Shown in pieces: positions 54,505 through 64,000 of a stretch of DNA of 64,000 nucleotides. The stretch spans positions 1 to 64,000 of the forward strand of contig ADNK01000976.1 of the NCBI GenBank assembly GCA_000320545.1. Reading direction: 5' to 3'. Below the pieces are notes generated by a model that saw only the letters and a program-made list of their open reading frames with translations, was not told where the DNA came from and made no database searches. The position numbers and the translations under genes were made by a program. The stretch's first letter is position 1, and each line of letters opens with the position of its first letter. The stretch comes from Bigelowiella natans CCMP2755. Lineage: Eukaryota; Protista; Cercozoa.

Positions 54505-55776
54505 ATGGAAACACTGGCTGCTTTCAGGTCAACTACTAACACGACATTCATGAAGCAAAACGGGTTAGCCTGTGTCAAAATGTAAATTAAGAAGCTCCAG
54601 AAATGATACTTTGATTTATCAATCAGGAAAAGTTTCGAAATAGGAAAACTATCAGAATCCGCTGATCCCTGCGAGTCAAACTATGCGATGACGAAATTTA
54701 TAGCCGAGCCATTCAATGCTATTTCTGCACTTGGGCTTATCTTAGCTGGAAGTAACGCGATGCATCAATCGAGAAAATACAACTTTGAAGTACGGTTTTC
54801 CGTACTTGGATTTTCAGGTTACAGTAATATACTAAAACACTCATTTCCCCTCCATGTACTAACCTCTGTTTTTTTCCTCAGTTGTCTTAATAGGGACTGC
54901 CTCGGCCTTATTTCACGCGACCCTGAGCCCAGTCACAAAGGTGAGAAGCATGATCCGCAGTTCTATGTGATGAACTTATCCATCGAATTAAATTCAAGGC
55001 ATGGGAAGAAATGGCGATAATCTGGGCAACCTTTGGATGGATGTGCATTCTTGCACAAATAAGTAACACCACGGTGCTGATCAAACTTTCATTTTCATGA
55101 ATTATTTCTGACATGTGTTTTTTTCCAGAACAAAACTCCTTCAATTGCAATGTTTTTAGCGCTTGCAGTTGGTATATGGGTGACTCAGCTGGGTTTAGAA
55201 CCTAAGATTCTCATTCTTGGCTCTCACATTCTTCAAACTGTAGCCTGTGCAGTCAATCTCTATCTGCTGAACAAATGCGTGGAACAGTACTGTAATCTAA
55301 ATTTGTTACCTTGCAGTCCCAAGGTACATTTATTTTCTTCACGAAAACTACAATCCTTCCCGTCCTCTCAACCTTTCTTGGTACTAAAATTCGATATATC
55401 TAATCAGGATTTCAGCTACAACATTAATCCGCATCCATCAGTCCTAAAGTTGCAACTTATGGCAAGATGGCATGTTGGGTGTGCGGCAGCAGCATTTATT
55501 ATTCGAGCGGGGGGTGCTTTTTTTTGCGAAGCCTTTATAAATATCCAACCTCATGCACTTTGGCACCTACTGCTCGGCGTGAGTTGCCACTATGGACTTC
55601 AGTTTGCAATGGCGCTTAGACAGTCGATATTACATAAAGCGCCACCAGCAACCTCATGGACTCTAGGGGGGCTATTAGGTTGCGTTGTCCCAACGGAAGT
55701 TCCTAGTAGAGCCATGGGTGCGCAGTTACGTTGGTTGCTAAAAATGGCTGGTGTGGATCAATTAGATAGTGTTTAG
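54505..55776 (+). CDS. Alkaline ceramidase-like CREST-family membrane hydrolase
   Basis: DPCESNY..FIAEPFNAIS, GTASALFHATL (SxxxH), PHALWHLL (HxxxH); several TM segments. Start codon tentative. Confidence 0.78.
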
Positions 55777-57330
55777 GTAGTCAAAAGACCTTCACTCCAG
55801 GAATACTTTCTGAAGTACATTTTCGCATCAATGTCATTGAATGTAGACATTTTCGTAATCTTCATATTTTATCCTCCAGCTGCAATCGAGCACACACTTT
55901 TATTTTTTCTAGTTTTGCTCCCGTGTCGATCAAGCAACGGCATAGATAAACAGAGTGATTAGCGAATTTACCTCTAATTCAATGCAATATCCTTTTCCCG
56001 ACTTCAAGTTCCATCAGTATTATTTCTTGATCCCGGATGTGACTACCCTGAAATTAATGTTAGATTCATCAATATGATGATGAACGTTAACAGATAGTAT
56101 TGTCAGTGTGAAGCATATTATTACTAGGCAAATGCCAAAATTTCTCTTTCTGGCTCCCATCTAGAAATAGAAACTGTCAAATTGGGTTTATGAACATTAT
56201 GTGCGCAGTTTGATTATAATCATTGCTATGACCTTTTGTACATACTTCATGACATGAATGGGATGTTTCTAAATTATTCAACCTTTCTTTGCACCATCTG
56301 ACAATGTGGGCGGACGCGTCAAAATACAGCTAGTCAAAATACAGCTACAGTGTAGCTGTGCAAGTGCAGGCATGCATGGCTAGACCTAGAGATGGGCTAA
56401 GGTTCTGAATGTACGCCGCTTTGTGTTCCTATGAGAGTTTATTTCCCACAAAACTTACGCATCATTTTCATGCGTCATTTTTGCATTTTGTACCTTTTTG
56501 CACAATGCTAGAATGCGAATGAGCCGTTTGCTACATTGCGGCCAGTTTCTATGCACTAGTGCATGCTTGCACGGCTGCGGGCACCAGTCAGCAGTCAGCA
56601 GTCATCTGCTGACTGTCGTTCATTTCATCACTGACTAGCTGCGAGCCCAACGTGCCACCTGGCTAGCTCTAGAGCTAGTCAACTAGTGCCAAGCACTAGA
56701 GCACACGTGATTCTTTTTTTTGTTCGCACTGCTCGCTCAGTGCTAGAGCGTGTAGCAGTCGCTGAACCTGTCTGTAGGTGATAAGTACCAGAGTGCACCC
56801 TGTGCAACAAACTACGGTACACGTGGAGTGTATGCACTGCTTTGCTTGGGCTTCAGCGTGCACGTGTGTGCACACGCTAAAATTGTCGCAATGGATTGCT
56901 TCGCTATCTTCTCATGTGCTACGGAGTCACTGGGGACTCTACTAGTCCAGCTGAACTCTAGTCAAAGTGCTCTCGTTATCGATGCGCACGCACAAGCAGA
57001 TGGCAAAGCTAGAGCTAGAGAGCTTGAGGTAGGTTAGTAGGGAACAGGCCTATTGCATGGACACACGCACACAGATATGTGTGGTGTAACACATTTGTTG
57101 AACCAGTACATCATGCCTAGACATCCATTTACAACCAGGATTGCCTTAATTACATCGAGTGCCAAGCGAGGGGTGCAGATAGTGTGCAGATTGGACATGT
57201 AGCCATGCAGCGCCAGAGGGCTAGAGGGGCATGATCTCATTAATGCAGCATTTCCATTATTGATAAGACGATGATAATTTCATTAAAGTTTTACATTTAT
57301 TTAGACTTGTAACTTCAAAATTTTGCGTTC

Positions 57331-58219
57331 CTAGCCTGACTCAAGATTCCCGTCTTCACCTTCACCATCTTCATCATCATCATCACCGTCGTTATATCCG
57401 AAAACTTCGTTTTCGTCTAATTCTTCTGCGTCTTCTTGGTCCACTTCGTCCGCTTCTTCCTGCTCTGCGCCCTTCGAGGTCTTGCCTTCTTTACTCTTTT
57501 TATTATTAACTTGCTTCCAATAGTGGTTGCACTCGGTGTTGCAGCAGACGAAATAGATTGCCATCGTTTCTTTGAAAGGACAAAAATATTTTATGTCCTT
57601 TCCTTCGCACTTAGGGCAAGGAATATCCCTACGGCGGGGTAGTGCAGGATCTAAGGTAAGATCTTTGTGGAAAAGAGGCGCCACATCCATCCTGAAAAAA
57701 CCATCGAGACATTAGTGAAAAACCATGTTTCAATTCGTAAAAAGAAGTAGGTGCACTTACTGTCCTTTCGATGTTGATAGATCATTCTCATAGATCAAGT
57801 TTTCCTCTATTGTATTCCTTGAAGGCGTCTTCACACGGCAATTTTTGCAGTAGAAAAAGAGTTCCCTGTTGTACGAGTTTCCGTTCTTTGGGTACAGCAG
57901 ATGTTTGCTGAAATACGGAAGGAGAAGAGAATTTTCTCAATTCTGGCAATTATTTGATATAGCTCTATGGTATATGTTGTTTGGACACTAGATTTGTAAT
58001 CGAGGGAGATGCAGCTCTCAAGTATTTATTTATACACTTTCGCCCTTTCTATTTGGCAACCCTCTCCAAACTGATAGACGTTCTATTCCATTTCTCCCAG
58101 GTTGCTAGTAACCAAGTTGAAGGAAAGATGCGAGGAAGAAACAGTGCGTATCCGACTTTGGATCAGTACGTTTGCGCTACATTCAAATCGAATTACCATT
58201 CTTGGCAGAGGCGCACCAT
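57331..58219 (-). CDS. RPB9: RNA polymerase II subunit RPB9
   Basis: MVRLCQEC|KHLLYPK..FYCKNC (zinc ribbon 1); DLTLDPALPR..CPKC..YFVCCNTECNHYW (zinc ribbon 2); acidic C-terminal tail. Confidence 0.88.
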
Positions 58220-58717
58220 GCCACGGACCCGGTTGGACTCTCGTTGGTTCTTTTACCGGTATAAGATTCTATGTCAGTCTGCTTGGTGGCAGGACTTAAA
58301 CCATTGTTTAGATATTAGATATTATCCGCTTGGTAATTTGACTAAATCCGAAAATCGACAACAATAAAGAAAAACAGCTGCAACAACAACAACAATATCA
58401 ACTTTCCTAAGAAATAATCCGCAGTTAGGTTTTTCAACAACAACCCTATCAGACGAGCTCGAATCGCTCTGTTTTACACGCTAAAACCTGCTGATTTTTG
58501 TTCATCAAAATTTCCCAAAAAGTTCCCCACAATGTTGTGTGTTCACCTACGAACACACACGAGCGCATGAACTATTATATCGCAGGGCATAAATCCATTG
58601 CAGATTTCGATAATAGTGAATATTTTGTGAAAATATTAAGTCTGAAATATAGCAGTGCTGGTAGTCAGAGCAGTCTCCGTACGAGCCGTAGCCCACCGAC
58701 TCATCTCCCGCGTGGCT

Positions 58718-60680
58718 ATGGCTCACCCCCACCCCAACTCTGGGGTGCCAGCCGTTTTAGTCCTTGCAGCACTTTTTTTACTACGAGTTGGAGCAGAGGG
58801 GGTGAGCGCAAATGCCTCTGTGAACCTGGTAGAGAGCAACACCTCTGCTGCAGCTGCCGTGGCAGATCGAAACGCGACTGTCCCGCAAAACGGCACAGCG
58901 GGAGCAGAAGACTCTTCCAATTCGGTTAATTCGCTCTTCAAAGAGATTCAGAAGTTGAGAGAAGAATTAAACAATATAAAGATAGTCGGCAAGAAGAAAG
59001 CTGGCACAAAAAGCAATGTTGGGGAGAACCCAACTGTCTGCCCGCCCGGGGAAAAGATAGGCATGAACGAAACCTGTGAATCCTGTCCCCCAGGATCTTA
59101 CTCCAATACATTTTCTCAAGGATGTAAAACTTGTCCCGCAGATACGTATCAACCTTTGCCTGGACAAGCTCGTTGCAAGAACTGCCCACAAGTAATTTAC
59201 ACCAACACGTAGCACTTACCACCAACAAACCAACTTTTTAGCGCATTTTTGCTCTCTTTTTTCGCGTGAAGATTTGCTTCATCAGGATAAACCGCTCATC
59301 AGTTTACGTTTCTTCCACAGCACTCGCACACCCTGCCTTATCACCTGGGAAATAAGAAAATCGAAGATTGCCAGTGCCATGCAGGATACTCCATGAATTT
59401 GGATGAGAATAGTAAGATGGGCGGCGTTTGTGCTAGAAATAATAAGAGTGCGATGATTCGTCACGAAGGAGATGAAGAAGATCACGGCCATCTTCATGAT
59501 ACACCTGAGGTTGGTGAGGTTGGTCACCACCACCATCGCCATGACGAGCACAAAATTCGGCATTTAAAACCGTCTGAAATCGGACATCAGGATCCTCTGT
59601 TCCTTCCTGGTAGATCGCTCAATCTCTCGAATCTGTGCTGTAATTTTTAGTCACGCCTTTCTTTGGCGTATGGGTCGTTTTCACACTTGCAGTACAGTTC
59701 GTTGACCGGCGATTCTTTGTATCCATTCAGGTTTATACCATGTGGCCCAATTTGCTATGGTAACTTACACTCCTTTTCACGAGGAATTCCATAATTTATT
59801 TGATATATCTTGTCTAAGGTTACGTTGGCAGCTTACCAAGTTGGGAGACATTTTCTCTCGGTAACAAACATCATCTAATCATATTATGCTCTATCTGCAG
59901 GCACATGAATGCGTAGTCTCATGAAGTGCTATTTGTTTATACAGGCTAGGCTACCACTTATCTCAGGATATCTTATTGCTGGTATCTTATCCGGCCCACA
60001 TCTTCTTGGACTTTTGTAAGTAGATTACCTGAAACACTCTTTCCACTGTTTTCTTGATATGGCACACGCAAATAATGTGTAAGGTCTCACCAAACAACAA
60101 AGGATCTCCGCATCATCGATCAGTTTTCGATCTCTTGCATCGCCCTCGCGGCTGGGATGGAATTAAAGGTGGCTTCTCTCGCCAGTGTAACAAACGCTTT
60201 CCCTCATATTGTATTATTCCGGTTGGGTTCCTCAGAGCGGAAAGCTAAAGAAGTTTATGAGGCCTATTGCTTGGGTCCTTTGCGGTACTTTTCATCGCGT
60301 ACAAGTCACCTGCATGCATATGAATCATTTGAAGAATGTTCAGCTGAATAATGTTCTGTAGGTTTCATGGGCGCGACGTTCATTTCGTCGTTCTTTGTGC
60401 TCTTGTTCTTCTCTTCGTTCATTCCCTTCGTAACTGGCATGGCAGTCTCTGGCAAGGTGCTGTGAAACTCGAGAGCGGCTGCCAACTTGTCCCGTTTTAT
60501 TCAAACGATTTCCTTTTGTTGTGTAATGTCCTATCGGATCCAGGTGGCAGTGGCGTTGCTGATCAGCACCATTATGATAGCGCGATCCCCAGCCTCGGCA
60601 ATAGCCATTGTAAGGGGAAGGAGCATAAATAGAAGAGGAGGATGAACATGATGTGACGCACACATACACACACAGACACC

Positions 60681-60735
<55 letters not shown>

Positions 60736-62447
60736 TATGTATACATTTTGTACATTTACAGCGCTGGCAACAAATTGATTCGACTGTGGACGCGTATGGT
60801 TGTCCTGATGGCATGTGTATTTATGCATCCGGTGACAGGTGAAAGATGCTCAGGCTGAAGGCCCTTTCTCTACAATGATCATTGGTGTCAGCATAGCAGC
60901 GGTAGTCGCAACCGCCCCCTCCTGTTTTCATCATCGACTTGCAATGATACGGAGTCATGGCCTTGTTGTTCAGGACGTCCTAATCATCGTGGTCTTCGCA
61001 TTGAACCTCGGCATTGCGGAAGCTTTGATTCGGGGCTCAGGGCTCACATTCTACACCTTCTTGCGCCCCGTGAACAAGGTTGTTTCCCCATGGATATGTT
61101 GTCGTATCTAAAATCCGACCGGTGTGGGATTGATATCGTGTGAATGCATTATTTTATATCTGATAGGGAATCTTACCCGTGTGCTCGTTTTTACTCATGC
61201 AATTAGATTCTGTGGTCTGGTGTGTTTGGAGCGACTTCTGGTTTCCTAATGGACATTTTTGCCAATACCGGGGTGGTGACCACTGCTACAGCAGCACTTC
61301 TATGTCACGTGCATGCATATATTATTTGAAAGACTGGAGAGATCCAGCAGCAAGATGAAAGTGCGCATTTTTTTCCACACACAGCGACTACCTGATCGTG
61401 GAAGGGACTTGCTTGTCCTCAGTACGGGGCTAACGATCTTCTTCATCTCCAGTCTTGTACCGGTAATCGAACACAGTGACGCTCTTCCTTTTTGCCATTC
61501 TGAGCGCCAAACTCTTCATGCGTGTAGTCGTTCTTCTCGTTTGAGCCTCTCCTTGCTTGCGTCATCGGGGGGATTTTCGTGGTCAACTTCGGACGAAATG
61601 CTGCCTACCATGACCATCTGATGGATCGATTTCTCCCTTACATCAACATTCTCTTCTTCACATCCGCGGTAAGTATTGCCACGTGTCGGTATCACGATAA
61701 TGGAGAGGTGCTTTGGTTAACGCCCATGCGCTTTTTGTGCACAGGGGGCCGAGCTGGAGATCGACCACCTCCTACGACCAGAACTGCTATTTCTAGGTTA
61801 TTCAGATTAGGAATCAGCATTCTAAGTCATTTTGTTCTTCATGGGCGATTGTGCATAAATTCTTTACTGGTTTTGTTGCTAAGGCCTCGGGATATTTTCA
61901 CTTCGTATTGCGTCGTTGTGGTTGGGTGCAACTTTGGGAGGCTGGCTCGCAGGCCGTCCTTCCCGAGAAACAAGTTACGCTTGGATGGGGTCCTCGTCTC
62001 CTTAACACCACAAAATCTCCGACAGAAAAAATACAGACTTTTTACCTTAATCCAAAATATTATTGCTATCGTTGTTATTATTGTTATTACTATTATTTCA
62101 AAGGAAGCTTCATAATAATGCAGGTACGTCACGCAAGCCGGTGTAGCGATGGGGCTTGCGAAAGATGTCGCACGAGAGTTTCCGGAATGGGGACAAGTGT
62201 TTGCATCAATGATGATTTTCCAAATGGCCATTAACCAGGCAATATTCTAACAAGAAAACAGCGTCATCTGCGACGATTCCTAACAAACGTATCGTCCACC
62301 CAGGTTGTTGGCCCCCCTCTGTTCAAGTATGCCATCGTTTCAATGGGGGAATGCCGTGCAAAGCAAATGGTTGAATTGGAGCCAACAAAGCAAAAGCAAA
62401 GCCCACATGCAGCAAAAACTGATATTTTGAGCAACGGCGAACCTTGA
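58718..62447 (+). CDS. Cation/H+ antiporter (CPA2-type) with N-terminal signal peptide, coiled coil, GCC2/GCC3-like Cys repeat and His-rich tract
   Basis: LPLISGYLIAGILSGPHLLG, IALAAGMEL, IARSPASAIAIV..AEGPF..DVLIIVVF, FINILFFTSAG, QAGVAMGLA..EFPEWG..INQ|VVGPPLFK. Ectodomain CESCPPGSYS..CKTCPADTYQPLPGQARCKNCP..DCQC..GY. Confidence 0.85.
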
Positions 62448-62964
62448 TGAGTAGAATTTTAACGCGTTTAACGCGGTAGCTATTAGTGACCTGGAGAATA
62501 TTTACCTTGCAATCATAATTCAGGAAAAGCTAGAACTAGACATGTTAATCACAAGTACACATGTGTCTATCGCATCTGCTACCGCGAGCTGCGGTTGTGC
62601 AGGCCTTGGAGGCGGCAGAGCCGTGGCTGTAACTGCATAGCGCGTTATAGCGTCTCATATGCGTCGTGGCATCGCATCGCAGATGCGAGATAGCGAGGCC
62701 TGAAACGCGATCAATTGATCCTGCTACCCTGCATGCTAGCATGCTGCGCTCCTACAGGCATACTGGCTTACTTTGTGCGATTTACTCGTTGAACAATGAA
62801 GGCCTTAAATGCAAACGGCGCTACTGCGCGTTTACATCCATTGCCGCAAGACACACATGCAGATGTGGATCATTTATTGCTTTCTTGCCCATTGCACACC
62901 ACACAACATCAACGCCGCTTGAGAAATTAGCTCACTGCCATAGTGATGCGCGACGACGCGAAAC

Positions 62965-63195
62965 GAAAAGATTGACTTGCGATGAGAAGGAAACACACGC
63001 ACTAGTGCCGCCGGTGCACGAAATGCGCGACATTCAAGACCGAAACAACATGCATTTGATTGCATGAAAACACATTATAGCGGAGACCAACAGATTCAAC
63101 ATTAGCACTGTAGCCGCTGCATTGCACAGCTACATAAGGATGACCATTGAACAAATTTAATTTGATTCATTACATCCGTCTTACATATAGTACAT
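62965..63195 (-). repeat. Spacer element, copy J (long)
   Basis: Reverse complement reads GTAAGACGGATGTAATGAATCAAATTAAATTTGTTCAATGGTCATCCTTATGTAGCTGTGCAATGCAGCGGCTACAG..TTTCCTTCTCATC..GTCAAT. Confidence 0.9.
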
Positions 63196-63381
63196 ATAGC
63201 TCGCGAATGTAATATCAATATTTTCAATATTCACAAAACGCTTAGAAGATAATTTTGTGTTTTAAGTCAATAAAATAGGGCACATAGAAGTCCGATATAA
63301 ACTGCCATATGTGGAACACATGCAAACTGAAAACACGTGCTACACCTCATTATCATGCCTTTCATCACACCAGATTCATAC

Positions 63382-63972
63382 TTAACCCGAATGCTTTTGT
63401 TCTATGCCCTGGATTGCAGACTCGATCTCACGGAGCTTACCCTATCACAGTGCTCAACAAATCAGTTTCGTTTGCAGCTTTGGTGTAAAATGCATCGCAT
63501 ACCCTTAGAATATCGAGACTTTGCTTGACTATTTCCTCGGGTGGGAGCACCCCAGTGGTCTGCGTTATAAACAGGAACGATTCTCATTTGTATTCTGGGT
63601 CTGGAAATGCAAGGCGTGCAGATATTGGCTGATGTGGCACCTCAACGGTAAAGATGAACGTGTCTGTGCTCTGTTCGATAGAGACTAAATCCTCGAGATC
63701 CTGCAATAATAGCTTTGTTTTAGTGTCCTCTGGTTATGGGGTCTAGAAATGGACGTCTAGCCAAACCTCGACTTCATTGACGTCCGTCCGGTCTTCGCTC
63801 CAATACAAGCACTCCTGCGTTGTTGTAAGACACATGGCATTCAACACACTCCCGACGGCCAAACACTCGCGACTGTGATGGGTGGAAATTGGCGGTTGCA
63901 TTACTACCCGGCAGTAAACACATTTCCGGTTATCGACGACTGTGACCCCTCGGTCCTCGACGTATTTAAATA
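63382..63972 (-). CDS. RNA polymerase alpha-like subunit, 3' exons (RPB3 most likely; AC40/RPC40 not excluded)
   Basis: VFKYVEDRGVTVVDNRKCVYCR|ECL..DTFIFTVE|TTGVLPPEEIVKQSLDILR|GKLREIES; stop TAA at 63382-63384. Continues beyond the window. Confidence 0.8.
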
Positions 63973-64000
63973 CCTAATGGCGCAAGCAAAACATCATCGA

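Overview
This is a gene-dense, intron-rich eukaryotic (protist) nuclear region. The GGPP synthase has a signal-peptide plus transit-like leader, there are flagellar genes, and most introns are about 50-80 nt, which together suggest an alga with a secondary plastid, plausibly a chlorarachniophyte (inference). I assembled about 19 spliced genes by hand: BEACH-WD40, cathepsin C-like, DYNLT1, CCDC24-like, REJ/GPS polycystin-like, LSD1-type Zn-finger, GGPPS, a small TM protein, UPF1, GCNA-like SprT, a HAD phosphatase, CCDC39, IFT27, a Sel1-repeat protein, a RAP-like protein, a ceramidase-like protein, RPB9, a CPA2 antiporter and RPB3-like. The genes fall almost strictly into head-to-head pairs. The pairs are separated by 0.7-1.5 kb spacers rich in CTAG, TGCA and CATG. 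Seven of these spacers carry one recognisable copy of the same ~70-230 bp element. Comparing copies, and a nearly TpA-free 865-bp block, points to a directional TpA->CpA/TpG mutation process (the reverse of fungal RIP) that spares CTA/TAG. A hAT-like MITE is also present. All exon joins and homology calls are by eye; no searches were run.
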